Below, piece after piece: positions 26,755-37,082 of a stretch of 53,200 nucleotides of DNA. The notes under the pieces were generated by a model. The model made no database searches. It was given only the letters and a program-made list of their open reading frames with translations, and was not told the origin of the DNA. The stretch is from a virus. Taxonomy: Duplodnaviria > Caudoviricetes. The first letter of the stretch is position 1. Each line of letters starts with the position of its first letter. The stretch covers positions 1-53,200 of IMG/VR virus record IMGVR_UViG_3300027787_000002, one strand, 5' to 3'. A program made the translations under genes and the position numbers.

Positions 26755-26810
26755 AAGTCTCTTCGTATGTCTAATGAAGTCTCTTGAAGTCTAATGAGAG
26801 ATTCCACTAG
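26755..26810. repeat. 56-bp dispersed intergenic repeat, copy 2
   Basis: 49/56 identical to 7768-7823. Confidence 0.85.
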
Positions 26811-26884
26811 CTTTAATACTAGGAGACCCGGGAAGTATAGCTTCAAGTCTAACCGCTTGACAATGATAAGGAGACCACAGGGCG

Positions 26885-27382
26885 ATGAGTCTAGAGCCGA
26901 ACTACAGAGTCATAGCGTTCGACCCGGGCGGGACTACTGGCTGGGCAACTTACAGCGCTTTGTATGTCCCTGGAACTACTCAGGAATGGTTCAGTGAGAC
27001 CTACAGGATGGGGCACCTCGGCTCTCACGATCACCATCAGCAACTGGAGCAGCTACTAGGTATGCAGCGTGTGCAGGACTACACCGTTGTATGCGAGCGC
27101 TTCGATGACAGGCCAGGAGGGACCTTCTCAGTCAACCTCAAGGCGAAGGAGTACATTGGGGTTATCGAGAAGTACTGCGCAGAAGAAGATATACCACTCT
27201 TCCGGCAGATGCCAACCACGGCTAAGACTTTCGTAAAGGACGAGAACCTAAAGCGACTTGGAATCTTCCATGGAAAGAAATGGAAGCATGCCATGGATGC
27301 CGAACGACACCTCTTGTGGTATCTAGTCAACGGAGGCCCACGACGCTTTGACATCCTCAAGAAGGGTTGGCCTAATGAATAG
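26885..27382 (+). CDS. RuvC-like Holliday junction resolvase
   Basis: IAFDPGGTTGWA, VVCERF, HAMDA. Confidence 0.85.
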   Translation: MSLEPNYRVIAFDPGGTTGWATYSALYVPGTTQEWFSETYRMGHLGSHDHHQQLEQLLGMQRVQDYTVVCERFDDRPGGTFSVNLKAKEYIGVIEKYCAEEDIPLFRQMPTTAKTFVKDENLKRLGIFHGKKWKHAMDAERHLLWYLVNGGPRRFDILKKGWPNE

Positions 27383-27641
27383 AGGCACCTTGGTATGTGC
27401 AGGTATCACCTTCAACGTGATAGGGGTTATATTAAGGGACTCGAAGATACTGCTGGTAGCATCGACTCCTGGACCTACACCTCAATTCAGGAACGAGCCA
27501 GTAACCATCTTCGGTGAGGACGGAAAGGGTATAGGTCAGGGAGGCCTACTTAACCTCGACAGACCTGCTAGGCGGGGTGATACCGTAACGATCACGTTCG
27601 AGCTAACACTGAATGCCATCGTGTCGCCTATGGCTGAGTAG
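27375..27641 (+). CDS. Hypothetical protein
   Basis: Last gene of the + arm, start MNRGTL. Confidence 0.5.
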   Translation: MNRGTLVCAGITFNVIGVILRDSKILLVASTPGPTPQFRNEPVTIFGEDGKGIGQGGLLNLDRPARRGDTVTITFELTLNAIVSPMAE

Positions 27642-27643
27642 GC

Positions 27644-27711
27644 AGAAGCCTGGCCCCCTACGAAGGGACGATCTACCGAGGAGGGATCGCGTAGGAGGCC
27701 AGGCCGTTCTG
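27644..27711. terminator. Nested stem-loop between the convergent arms
   Basis: GCCTGGCC/GGCCAGGC, CCTACG/CGTAGG and CGATC/GATCG nested inverted repeats. Confidence 0.7.
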
Positions 27712-27714
27712 TGG

Positions 27715-27897
27715 TTACTTGTTCTTGACCTTATAGACTCCAATGGCAGTCATGAAGGCAACAACAGCAACAGCGTACGTGTTGTAAGGCTCAGGCACAA
27801 GTCCAGTAGCCAGAACAGTTACAAGCCCACCGGCGAGAGCAGTACCAAACTTCTTCGCCTTGGTAGTAAGCTTAGTCCAGTCGGGACTCTCGTTCAT
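27715..27897 (-). CDS. Holin-like membrane protein
   Basis: 60 aa, two TM segments, ends GVYKVKNK, follows endolysin. Confidence 0.75.
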   Translation of the reverse strand: MNESPDWTKLTTKAKKFGTALAGGLVTVLATGLVPEPYNTYAVAVVAFMTAIGVYKVKNK

Positions 27898-28685
27898 GAC
27901 TTCTCCTTCAGTAGCTGGTCGAGCTTCATGTCGATCTTACGTGAGAGGGTTGGGTAGCGAAGCATGTCACTAACCGTTACCTCGGAACCCTTCTTGTACA
28001 CATCGGTCTTCCCGTGAAGGTTCCAGACCCGAGCGTCTTCCTCCGTGAGCTTGATCTTGTCCGTCCACTGCATATCGATCAACCCCTGTGGTGTTGTGAT
28101 ACGAAGTCGCCTCTGAACTTCAGGAATGATGACGTTCTTGAATTGCCTAGTGCGGGCAGGACCAGGACACACCTTCCCTTTTGAAGTGCTCCAAGTCTCA
28201 CCTCCAGGAACAATGTTTGGTGTACAGCCCTGAGCGTGGTAAGCCAGACCCCTTCGATGTGGCTTGGTGTCAGGAATGAGTTCTGCCGGGATGTCGTACA
28301 AGCGACAAAGCTCGACAATCAGATCGACGATGGCTTCCACTTGCTTAGGAGTCCATGCCAAGATGTCTTCCGGGAACTTTGGTGCGTTGTCTGCCGTCTC
28401 GATAGAGATGACATGGTGAGCTCCTTCGAGGTTCGCATCGGCCTCAAAGTCTGTATCTTGGAACTGCCATACGACGCCATCAAGTTCCCTATCCTTGTCA
28501 GCGCCCCACTTACCTCCGACACCGAAATGAGACTCGGTACCGGTAAAGCCTCCTTGCGCGAACATCTCCTCAGTAGTCCAGAGGAAACCTACCATCGTGT
28601 GAATGCAGATGATATCCTTACTGGATATACGGCTCTCGGTCTGGTGCCCTAACAGTTTCTTTGTCGCCGACTTTAGCAACACCAT
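27894..28685 (-). CDS. Endolysin, N-acetylmuramoyl-L-alanine amidase
   Basis: ICIHT, SHFGV, ISIET, YH, KVCPG Zn-amidase motifs. Confidence 0.88.
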   Translation of the reverse strand: MVLLKSATKKLLGHQTESRISSKDIICIHTMVGFLWTTEEMFAQGGFTGTESHFGVGGKWGADKDRELDGVVWQFQDTDFEADANLEGAHHVISIETADNAPKFPEDILAWTPKQVEAIVDLIVELCRLYDIPAELIPDTKPHRRGLAYHAQGCTPNIVPGGETWSTSKGKVCPGPARTRQFKNVIIPEVQRRLRITTPQGLIDMQWTDKIKLTEEDARVWNLHGKTDVYKKGSEVTVSDMLRYPTLSRKIDMKLDQLLKEKS

Positions 28686-28836
28686 TTAGCTTACCCTCCC
28701 TCAACTGCTCCTGTAAAGATTCGATCTGCTTCTCCAGCTGTTCTGCATAGGCCTGTTGCATAGCCTCCCTCTGAACTCCTTCGGCTACTCTCATTCCAAG
28801 GATCTGAACAATTCGATCTGCATCGATCTCAGCCAT
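28618..28836 (-). CDS. Small coiled-coil protein
   Basis: 72-aa ORF with heptad pattern. Confidence 0.55.
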   Translation of the reverse strand: MAEIDADRIVQILGMRVAEGVQREAMQQAYAEQLEKQIESLQEQLREGKLNGVAKVGDKETVRAPDREPYIQ

Positions 28837-29395
28837 TCCTCACCCTTTCCATTTGCTGCGCTTCTTCGTGAAGTACTGACAGTGCGTGGTCCTTTAGTTG
28901 CCTCAGGAGGTTGTAAGGGTTGTCGCGCCTTACCTTCTTCCTCTCTTCGTCGCGATACACCTTAACCCAAATAGGTACAGTGTCATCACAGTAGTGTAAG
29001 AGACGCTCTTTGACATCCGTGAGGCCTTGAGTTGATTCGGGTACAGGGAGGTCTGCTGCATGGAAAAGAGACCTGAGATGTGGTTCCGTAGGTGCCTGGT
29101 TTCTTGTCTTGGCATCTTCAACTTGAGCCCATACGATCTGTAGTGCCTCTTCAATGGTGTCACAAGTGTGTAGTGGATGAAATGGTTGAGGCTCGGTATA
29201 TACAATGAAAGGTTCCATGAGCATGATATCGAGAGCCTTAGGGTGATCCGGTTCAAGGTTGTACTCAGCAGCACGAATAGCTAGAGTCTCCCTTGGCATC
29301 TTGTTGTAGCGCTTATTGGGACTACTATCTATCGTCCTCTCCAGATAGAGAAACCCATCGCCAGGATCGACAATACCAGTGATCTGAATGTCCAT
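28829..29395 (-). CDS. Hypothetical protein (tail region)
   Basis: 188 aa, coupled to the upstream gene. Confidence 0.65.
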   Translation of the reverse strand: MDIQITGIVDPGDGFLYLERTIDSSPNKRYNKMPRETLAIRAAEYNLEPDHPKALDIMLMEPFIVYTEPQPFHPLHTCDTIEEALQIVWAQVEDAKTRNQAPTEPHLRSLFHAADLPVPESTQGLTDVKERLLHYCDDTVPIWVKVYRDEERKKVRRDNPYNLLRQLKDHALSVLHEEAQQMERVRNG

Positions 29396-31215
29396 CAGAA
29401 GATCCTATACGCCCAGTAATGAAGACTGACAGTCACACTATTAATGTGTTGGATGGTGAACGATGTAGCACTGCGAGCAACTGGCATTCGATCGTTACCT
29501 TGATCGCTCGCACTCTCGATGCTATAGATAGGAACAGGAATAGTACTCATCGTTACACCATAGGTAACGGTGGCTCCACCTGCTGCATTAACAGCAGTCC
29601 ATACATCCGTAAACAGCGCTGAGTTACCGGATAGGGTATTGCTCTTAATGAATGCGCCCTGAATGCTTATCGATCCGCTATCATTCAAAGTGAGCTGAGA
29701 ACCAACAACGCCTACGTCTTGAGCCTCTAGGATTAATCTATTGGTGTCAGCAAAGATCTGTCCACCGTCCAGGATGGCACTAGTGCCGTATCTACGAATC
29801 GTAAAGGTTGTATCTGAACCAGTGTATGCCGCACCTTCCAAACCACCACTTACTGTTCTCTGCAAGCTCATGGTATTTGTAGCCATGCTGAGTCCAAACC
29901 CATTAGAAACTCCGGAAACGTTCCTTAACAGGTTCATGGTAGAGTCACGCATGTCTAGACCGTATCCGTGCGACAGACTTCCAGAGGTAATAGTCTGCAA
30001 CTGGATACCCGTTGTGGTACTTAGGAATAGACGGCTCCTACAGTTAGCTACGGATAGGTATGTAAACTCACCTGAGTTAATTCCAATGCGGGGAACGTTG
30101 CTTCCATCCAGGGGCGAGTTCATAAATGCAAAGTTGGCACCTGAACCTGAGTTGTCTGTGAAGAAGATAGTCGTACGGTCACCGGAGTTAACCATCTCCA
30201 AGTGAGGTGTTGTTGATCCTGGGAAGTCAGTCTTGAATGCGCCAATGATAGTTGCATTACCCGTAGCTGCAGCAATGTCTACAGTCTGCCCACCACTGGA
30301 GTTGAATGCCTGAATACCATTGACATTCATCTCAACACGTGCACCTGTTAGAGCAGTTGCAAGTCTTCCCGTTATAGTCATCACCGCAGTGATCACACCT
30401 GCAGTTAGCTTGCCAACCGCCAACGATGAGATGTCACCATTAGCCGCCTGTACAGGGACTCCAGAACCTGCGGTTGACGCTGGAGACCTATTGCCAACAG
30501 TATCAACAGCGACCAAGCGACTGTAATAAGTAGTCCCGTAGGTAAGGCCAGTGGCAACCCAAGTACCGCCGCCACGAAGAATAGTTCCGACGAGAGTTGA
30601 CACAGTAGGAGTGAAAGTGCTACCCGTCGTACTAATGTGGACTTCGACAAACCTGAAATCAGTAGGAGGCTGGCCAGCAGATACATCTAGACCATTCCAA
30701 TCGATGGCGAGCTGCCCCAGGTATGGAGAGACCACAGGGGTGCTGGGCTGGAAGGGTGCAGTGGAATCTGTAGTTGTACTGTCTGTACGACTAGTGTAGC
30801 CACCTAGTGTACCCTTAACAGTCCTGGCACGTACGCGAAAGGTAACGCTCAAGCCTTGAGTGAATGGTCCAGCATCGATAAACGTATCAGTAGTGAATAC
30901 ATCTGCAGTGTAGTTAACACCGTTGAGGGACCAGGAAGTAAGATACCCATCAAGGGCATCCTTATTGTACTCCGACGGATCATCTGGAATGGCTGTCCAG
31001 CTGTAACGCATCATGACCTGGTAGAAGTCATTAGCCGCAATGACTGTCTGAGTAGATAGAGTCAGACCAGAGATGGCCAAGCTCGTTATTACAGTAGGAT
31101 CATCTCCACCAGTACGACCCTGCGAACCGCGTTCCAGTCTAGCGAGTCGACGTTCAAGCATCCTCATGTAGTCGACGATGTCATTCTCACCTGTGGAGTT
31201 GATATATCCAGGCAT
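29395..31215 (-). CDS. Minor tail or central fibre protein with FN3 domains
   Basis: FRVRART, DSTAP..PSTP, Y..RLVAVD..GN.S, KLTAG.I, GARVE. Confidence 0.8.
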   Translation of the reverse strand: MPGYINSTGENDIVDYMRMLERRLARLERGSQGRTGGDDPTVITSLAISGLTLSTQTVIAANDFYQVMMRYSWTAIPDDPSEYNKDALDGYLTSWSLNGVNYTADVFTTDTFIDAGPFTQGLSVTFRVRARTVKGTLGGYTSRTDSTTTDSTAPFQPSTPVVSPYLGQLAIDWNGLDVSAGQPPTDFRFVEVHISTTGSTFTPTVSTLVGTILRGGGTWVATGLTYGTTYYSRLVAVDTVGNRSPASTAGSGVPVQAANGDISSLAVGKLTAGVITAVMTITGRLATALTGARVEMNVNGIQAFNSSGGQTVDIAAATGNATIIGAFKTDFPGSTTPHLEMVNSGDRTTIFFTDNSGSGANFAFMNSPLDGSNVPRIGINSGEFTYLSVANCRSRLFLSTTTGIQLQTITSGSLSHGYGLDMRDSTMNLLRNVSGVSNGFGLSMATNTMSLQRTVSGGLEGAAYTGSDTTFTIRRYGTSAILDGGQIFADTNRLILEAQDVGVVGSQLTLNDSGSISIQGAFIKSNTLSGNSALFTDVWTAVNAAGGATVTYGVTMSTIPVPIYSIESASDQGNDRMPVARSATSFTIQHINSVTVSLHYWAYRIF

Positions 31216-32234
31216 TACAACTCCCTCAGGTCTTGAGTATACATTACAATGGTCTCTTCGCCACTCTTGTTAACAGTTACCTGTGCCCCTTTGTACCGGA
31301 ACTGTGTATCGATGTTAACGTAACCATCCTGAATGGTAACCTTGACCTTGTCGCCAAAGGTAATGGTGAAGGGATCAAAGATGTTCAGGTATTGTCCACG
31401 AAGGACAAGAGTCGGATAGGCCTTGACATCTTTACGTAGATCACGAACGTGGCCAGTGTAAGCTGTTAGGTCATTCTCCGTCGCAGCATCCTTTAGTGCA
31501 TCGCCGTATTCCCGTAGACCGTAAGCTGTAAGGGAAGTAGTGTCAGTGGCAACCACGTAGGCTGGGTCAGGACCTTGAACAACAACTCTGTTTCGCAGGT
31601 ACTTACCGTAATATGTGACTGCGTAGGAACTGATGTGTTGTGGGTATACGAGATGGAGAGATCGGTCAATAGCTGGTCGAGGGTAGATTGCATTGAACTT
31701 CCTAGTGCTAGGTTCGATCCAGAAGTCAAAGCCATCCTCCATCGCAGCAAAGTCCTGGATAGCTTCCAAGATGTACTTGTTGTCGTACGTCTTATATTCT
31801 ATGGAACGAGACACTCCACCGAAGAGGAAGCCCGACGTGAATCCGAAGTCGCCACCAGTAAGAGCCTGTGAATCACTAATGAGGTCCCAAGCAATGTTGA
31901 CCTGGTCAATTACACTGTATGTTACATCCCTCGCTAGCCTCACGTCGAGGTAGTCCTCTAGTGACTGAGCTGAACACGTCAACGCCTTGGCATCACTGCT
32001 AGCTGTAACATCCCAAATGGGTCCAGCAGCTACACAGGCTCCGTCACGCATTACGGCAATCTCATGAAGACCGGCTGAGAGGTTAGCAGGAAGAATCTGC
32101 TCATGATACATTGGACTGGTCCAACGAATGCCTGTAGGTCCGTTGAAGCCTGTCTCGAACTGTAAGTTGTAGAATGGAATCTTGGCAACGAAAGCTCCGA
32201 GCCTTGTCCTAGTCTCGAGCCAATAGGTTGCCAT
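31215..32234 (-). CDS. Minor tail protein (hub/Tal-like)
   Basis: Position after Dit; GPIW, DGFDF, GDKVKVTI. Confidence 0.75.
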   Translation of the reverse strand: MATYWLETRTRLGAFVAKIPFYNLQFETGFNGPTGIRWTSPMYHEQILPANLSAGLHEIAVMRDGACVAAGPIWDVTASSDAKALTCSAQSLEDYLDVRLARDVTYSVIDQVNIAWDLISDSQALTGGDFGFTSGFLFGGVSRSIEYKTYDNKYILEAIQDFAAMEDGFDFWIEPSTRKFNAIYPRPAIDRSLHLVYPQHISSYAVTYYGKYLRNRVVVQGPDPAYVVATDTTSLTAYGLREYGDALKDAATENDLTAYTGHVRDLRKDVKAYPTLVLRGQYLNIFDPFTITFGDKVKVTIQDGYVNIDTQFRYKGAQVTVNKSGEETIVMYTQDLREL

Positions 32235-33040
32235 TACAGGAACGCACTCCTAGGAATAGAAGATCCGTTACCTACGTTCGACGTTACCCTCCAAGTGTTT
32301 AGACCTGTGGTCACTGTAGGCCAGAAGCCACCAGTCAAAGTCATCGACACGTTACGGAGAGCACCGTTCACCCTGACAATTAGTTTCTCGGTGTCGATCG
32401 TAATAACCTGACCCGAAGTAATCGCGGTGGAGAATACGTACGAGCGTGCTTGGGTCTGATTACTAACTGTAATCGTAGCCGTCGTTGTGGACGTTGCGGT
32501 GATGGATATAATCTGATTACTAGCAGTATTACCTGCGTTAGTAAATGTATAGTTATTACCAGACGTCCAACCAACAGAACTGATGTCAATGTAAGACCTC
32601 GGGTCTGTGCAACCAATCTGTAACTGGAACGGCATTTTACCAGTGCGTCGACCTGCTTCAACATCAGCATGGTATGCAACCGGCTTACCCATGAAGTATC
32701 GCTGGGTCTTATTCGGATGCTTGAAGTAGAGAGGGTAGTCGGTTCCATCGGGGATGATAGTCGCTTTGAGTAGTTCATTGTTGACATCAACATCCACTGT
32801 TGCAGAGTATAGTATGCCGTCGAAGATGCACATACGATGCTTGAAGAAGTTACCTGTTACAAACGACCCATGCTGCCCGTCAAGGTCTAGAGTATCCCAG
32901 TCCAACTCAGGGAAGTCAGTCAGACCTGTAATCTTAGTTACATCCCAGAAAGGCATAGTAGGAGTTGCTTGGTTGAGCAGTACACCTACACCTGCATCCT
33001 TATACTGGTATTCGTAATCACCCAAAGTAGGTGCAGCCAC
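32234..33040 (-). CDS. Distal tail protein (Dit)
   Basis: Follows tape measure; C-x-DP, NAGN, ITIDT patterns. Confidence 0.75.
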   Translation of the reverse strand: MAAPTLGDYEYQYKDAGVGVLLNQATPTMPFWDVTKITGLTDFPELDWDTLDLDGQHGSFVTGNFFKHRMCIFDGILYSATVDVDVNNELLKATIIPDGTDYPLYFKHPNKTQRYFMGKPVAYHADVEAGRRTGKMPFQLQIGCTDPRSYIDISSVGWTSGNNYTFTNAGNTASNQIISITATSTTTATITVSNQTQARSYVFSTAITSGQVITIDTEKLIVRVNGALRNVSMTLTGGFWPTVTTGLNTWRVTSNVGNGSSIPRSAFL

Positions 33041-33045
33041 TTAGA

Positions 33046-35238
33046 TCACCCCAACCTCTGCGCAGCCATGACACCGAGGTCAGCAGCATGCTTCCGCGGG
33101 TCGATCTCTTGGGTGTTAATAGTGAAGTGCTGAACTACTCCTCCACCACCTCCAGATCCTGAAACCATAGAGGGTATATCTCTAGTCAGTCCTTGAAGTG
33201 TATTTCTCACATCTGGGACGCTGTCCTTGATTCCATCCTGATATCCTTGCATCGTCAACTGGCCTGCTCCGTATAGAAGCTTCTTGTCGACGTCCGGAGG
33301 ACCCTTCCAACTGGAGATCCATCCAGTAATGTTACCCAAGTAGCCTTTTAGATTGGGCACCCAAGAGGAGATACCGTCGATAAGGCCTTGAATAATCCAC
33401 TGACCTGCGTTATAGAGCATCCGACCAGGGTTAGGAATGGCTCCTATGATACGACCTGGAAGTCCTCTGAACCAATTGACCAAGTCGTTAAAGCCTGTAG
33501 TAACGGCATTCCATGCACCGACAAATACATTGTACGCCCAACGAGCCATACTAAGTGCTAGGGACCCCACTGCACTTAGTACTCTTCCAGGTACTTCTGT
33601 GAAGAAGAAGACTATAGCATTCCACTGCCTAGTAGCATCATTTCGAATGCCAGTCCAAATGTTGCTAAAGAAGGTAGCTAGGCGTCGCCAAGTACCAGTA
33701 GCCAGGATCTCGATACCAGACCAAATGTCTCGCCAGAACTGAATGAAACTGTTGTACCAGCCTACGACGGTATTCCTAATGTCTGTAACAGCATCATGAA
33801 CGTTGTTCTTCATGCCTTGCCATAGGTTGGCGAACCAGGGACCTATGACATTCCAGTTCATGATGATCTGATAGACTGCTGCAATGAGCAAGACGATGAT
33901 GGCAATAACAGCTGCCACAATACCTACAACAGTACCTAAGGCTACACCAGCTAGAGCCGCTGCTCCCATCAGCATTAGGATACCGCCAACAACAACTAAG
34001 ACTACACCGATCAAGATGGTTAAGCCCGTAACCACTAGTGCAGTAATGACAATGAACTTCTGTGTTTCAGGACTAAGACTATTCCACCCGTCTAGGAGTT
34101 TCATGATAGCATCCAGGAGCTTCATCTTGATAGGCAGTAGCTTCTCACCTATCTCAACTCGCATGACCTGGTACTTGTTAGTCATCAACTGCATCTTGGC
34201 CTGAGGCGAATCGAACATCGTCTTATAGGCACCCTCCATCGACCCAGCAGAGTCGTGCATCTCCTGGGTTCGGAGGTTAAGTTCCTTGAAGCCTGGAATG
34301 GCTAGGTCGAAGAACCTACGAGCCTGAATAGTTCCACCAGAGCCTAGGAACAATTCCTTCATGGCATTAGCTCTCTCAGGAGCCGTCATGTTCTTCAGCT
34401 TACCGTTTAGCTCTTCGACGATCTGCGACATAGGTTTGAACTCACCATTCGCACCACGCGTTGTTAGGCCTAGCTCCCTCATGTGCTTCTCAGTAGCTGG
34501 GTTCGACATCGCATCGAAGGCGCGCGCAGCTGAAGTAGCTGCCTGAGCAGTTGACAAACCATTACGAGTCATGAATGCCATCATACCAGCAAGGTCCTCA
34601 ATAGACCCACCAGCACGAACGGTAGAAGGAATGGCTCGACCAATAGATGTAGCGAACTGATCGTAAGTACCGACACCCTTCTGGACCAATCTGAACATGA
34701 CGTCATTGACTCTGTTGACTTCTGTTGCAGGTAGCTTCCAGGCGTTCAGGATAGCGATCGTACCACGACTAGCAGTTTGCAAATCTGTCTGACCTGCAAC
34801 AGCTGCCTTGGAGAACTCAGTCAGCAGGTTCTTCGCCTCTGGTACTGTAACATCCATTGACGAGAAGATGTCATACAGACCACCTTGGATCTCTTCAAAC
34901 GGCACAGGAATAGTTCTAGCTAGATCCTTACCAATATTCCCTAGTTCCTGAAGCGACACTTTAACCTTATCGGTCTGTGTCTTAGTGTACGCAACCTGAG
35001 TAGCGTATGCACCGGCAGCATCGGTAGAGTCGTTCAACCACTTTAACGCTATGCCACCAACAACAGCAACACCAGCACCTACTGTAACTAGTGCCTTACC
35101 TTGGTCGATATGCTTCTGTGCTGCCTTCTGCGAAGCATCCGACATATGATCGATATCGCCTGCAGCACTCCTGAGGACACGCGACGCCTCATCACGCACA
35201 CGTAGGATCAGCATTAGCTCTCGTGCGCCTATGGCCAT
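33046..35238 (-). CDS. Tape measure protein
   Basis: 730 aa, Ala-rich TP901-like core, TM segment, Trp-periodic repeats. Confidence 0.92.
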   Translation of the reverse strand: MAIGARELMLILRVRDEASRVLRSAAGDIDHMSDASQKAAQKHIDQGKALVTVGAGVAVVGGIALKWLNDSTDAAGAYATQVAYTKTQTDKVKVSLQELGNIGKDLARTIPVPFEEIQGGLYDIFSSMDVTVPEAKNLLTEFSKAAVAGQTDLQTASRGTIAILNAWKLPATEVNRVNDVMFRLVQKGVGTYDQFATSIGRAIPSTVRAGGSIEDLAGMMAFMTRNGLSTAQAATSAARAFDAMSNPATEKHMRELGLTTRGANGEFKPMSQIVEELNGKLKNMTAPERANAMKELFLGSGGTIQARRFFDLAIPGFKELNLRTQEMHDSAGSMEGAYKTMFDSPQAKMQLMTNKYQVMRVEIGEKLLPIKMKLLDAIMKLLDGWNSLSPETQKFIVITALVVTGLTILIGVVLVVVGGILMLMGAAALAGVALGTVVGIVAAVIAIIVLLIAAVYQIIMNWNVIGPWFANLWQGMKNNVHDAVTDIRNTVVGWYNSFIQFWRDIWSGIEILATGTWRRLATFFSNIWTGIRNDATRQWNAIVFFFTEVPGRVLSAVGSLALSMARWAYNVFVGAWNAVTTGFNDLVNWFRGLPGRIIGAIPNPGRMLYNAGQWIIQGLIDGISSWVPNLKGYLGNITGWISSWKGPPDVDKKLLYGAGQLTMQGYQDGIKDSVPDVRNTLQGLTRDIPSMVSGSGGGGGVVQHFTINTQEIDPRKHAADLGVMAAQRLG

Positions 35239-35248
35239 CGCTTACCTC

Positions 35249-35431
35249 CTACCTCCTGTTGGCTTCCTTGGCAGCCTTCTCACGTAGGGCACTTAGTCCA
35301 GCCTTCAGGAGGTGGATGTGATATGGATCTTGGTCTAACAATCCGCCAGCTTTAGGTAGTACGTGTAGTTCCTTACACAAAACGGTTAACTCTATAGCGA
35401 GTGCTGTTTCGTCGTCAGGCTGTCTAGACAT
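35249..35431 (-). CDS. Tail assembly chaperone, frameshift extension (gpT-like)
   Basis: In the -1 frame of the upstream chaperone; LPKAGGLLDQ motif. Confidence 0.75.
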   Translation of the reverse strand: MSRQPDDETALAIELTVLCKELHVLPKAGGLLDQDPYHIHLLKAGLSALREKAAKEANRR

Positions 35432-35445
35432 GACAACACTAGCAG

Positions 35446-35841
35446 CTACTCGCCCGAAGAGTTTCCCGGGTCCTCATCCCCCGAGTCTTCGTCCTCAAGG
35501 TTGTTCAAGCTCTCGATCAGCTTCTCAACCTCCTGACCAACTTTGGGATCAAGAGAATCGACATCCTGAGCGTTGTTCAGGTTGAGAAGCTGACCCTCAA
35601 CACGTTCCAGGTTGTGCTCTACAACGCAATGGCGGAACTCGAACAGGTTGATTGCCCTATTCGCCATCGCGATCTCACCCTCGGCAGACTTACCCTTGCC
35701 CTGAGAAGTGAACGTAAGCTTCATAAGTGCTCGGCGTTCTAGAATCTGTCCATAAGACATCCTCCTGAGTACAACAAAGGCACCAGGTAGAGTCTTCAGA
35801 TCAAACTTCTCGGTGTCGTTACTTCTTACTGCTACAGGCAT
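35446..35841 (-). CDS. Tail assembly chaperone (gpG-like)
   Basis: Between major tail and tape measure; ends D-P-G-N-S-S-G-E. Confidence 0.8.
   Translation of the reverse strand: MPVAVRSNDTEKFDLKTLPGAFVVLRRMSYGQILERRALMKLTFTSQGKGKSAEGEIAMANRAINLFEFRHCVVEHNLERVEGQLLNLNNAQDVDSLDPKVGQEVEKLIESLNNLEDEDSGDEDPGNSSGE
35461..35467 (-). other. -1 programmed frameshift slippery site G GGA AAC
   Basis: X XXY YYZ heptamer in frame; the -1 frame reads GKLFGRVAASVVMSRQ into the next ORF. Confidence 0.85.
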
Positions 35842-35877
35842 TGTCCCTCCCTTAAAGGTTAGGCCTGTGGTTATTTG

Positions 35878-36801
35878 TTAGACAATACTCTCGGGTGTAG
35901 TTACAACTACACTGTAAGCATTACCAGCACCCAGTGTTCCGACGTATTCGATCTGAGTCCGGACCAAGTCTCCTTGACTGTCCAAGTTGACCTCGTAAGT
36001 ATCCTTTACAGCAGTAGCTGCTGCTAGGGTAATCACGTTAGCGCCCTGAGTTGCAGTCAGCGTAATCGATTGAGCTGTAAGAGCCTTGAAAGCGTCATAC
36101 TCGACACGAGTATCGAAATCGCGCTCCGACTTAATCCCGATCTCACGTTCCTTGAATGCAATGAACTGAGCTCCCGTACCAGTATTCTTAATACGGAAGT
36201 TTGGTTCAGCCTTATCGTCGACCTTGAACTCAAAGGTATCAGCATCGAATACCTGAGAGGCAGTAGGAATCTGGAGGCTGTAAGAACCTGCACCAAAAGG
36301 AACTGACGTAGGCCAGGTTGCAGTAGGAGCAGACTGTACAGCTTCATCACGTCCGACAATCTCAGGCTTGAACATGAGCTTGCCTTTGTCGATAGAGAAC
36401 GTGAACCCACCAACAACACACCCAGTATAGCCGAAGACAACACCATTACGAAGAACAGTAATGGACAATGTCTTCACTGGAATAGCAACTGCTGATGGGG
36501 TGCAAGTATAAACGAAAGGTCCTGCACCAGTTTTGACTACCGTGTTACGTGTTGCGTAGAGGAAGTACGGAACGCAGTCGTGCAGCGCCTCCATATCAAT
36601 GTCGCCCTTGATGTACGAGTCACCAGCAACAGCGCCGATAACATCTGGAGACTGACGAATAGGCCTACGCCAATCCGTTGCCTGATCGTACTTCAACGTC
36701 TCTTTCATGAACGGAACGTACTTAGTGGGCGCAAGGTAGGTGCCAGGAGTGGTTTCGATAGCAACACCCAGAAGACCTGATGCACCAATGCCGGGAGCCA
36801 T
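35878..36801 (-). CDS. Major tail (tube) protein
   Basis: LGVAIETTPGT N-terminus, YTGCVV; position. Confidence 0.85.
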   Translation of the reverse strand: MAPGIGASGLLGVAIETTPGTYLAPTKYVPFMKETLKYDQATDWRRPIRQSPDVIGAVAGDSYIKGDIDMEALHDCVPYFLYATRNTVVKTGAGPFVYTCTPSAVAIPVKTLSITVLRNGVVFGYTGCVVGGFTFSIDKGKLMFKPEIVGRDEAVQSAPTATWPTSVPFGAGSYSLQIPTASQVFDADTFEFKVDDKAEPNFRIKNTGTGAQFIAFKEREIGIKSERDFDTRVEYDAFKALTAQSITLTATQGANVITLAAATAVKDTYEVNLDSQGDLVRTQIEYVGTLGAGNAYSVVVTTPESIV

Positions 36802-37079
36802 TACTTCTCACCCTTCTGAGATGTCTTGCTAACCGTAACGTGCTCGTTGTCCTTGAATGCCTCGAGCAGCGTCGGACCGAGTTCCCACTCAGTAGGCGCC
36901 TGCGGGTCAGGACTTGCAGAGACCACAGGGCGTTGGTTGTGAACTCGGTATGCATCGGCTGCTTCCTTCGAGATGGTGTATTCTTTACCATTCTCGAAGA
37001 TGACATTCAGTCCAGTAATGTCAATCTCCCCACCCTTAGGGAGGTTCGGGAAGTCAAACTTGATCGTATACATGCGCAC
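36801..37079 (-). CDS. Hypothetical virion-region protein
   Basis: Coupled ORF. Confidence 0.65.
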   Translation of the reverse strand: MRMYTIKFDFPNLPKGGEIDITGLNVIFENGKEYTISKEAADAYRVHNQRPVVSASPDPQAPTEWELGPTLLEAFKDNEHVTVSKTSQKGEK

Positions 37080-37082
37080 CTC

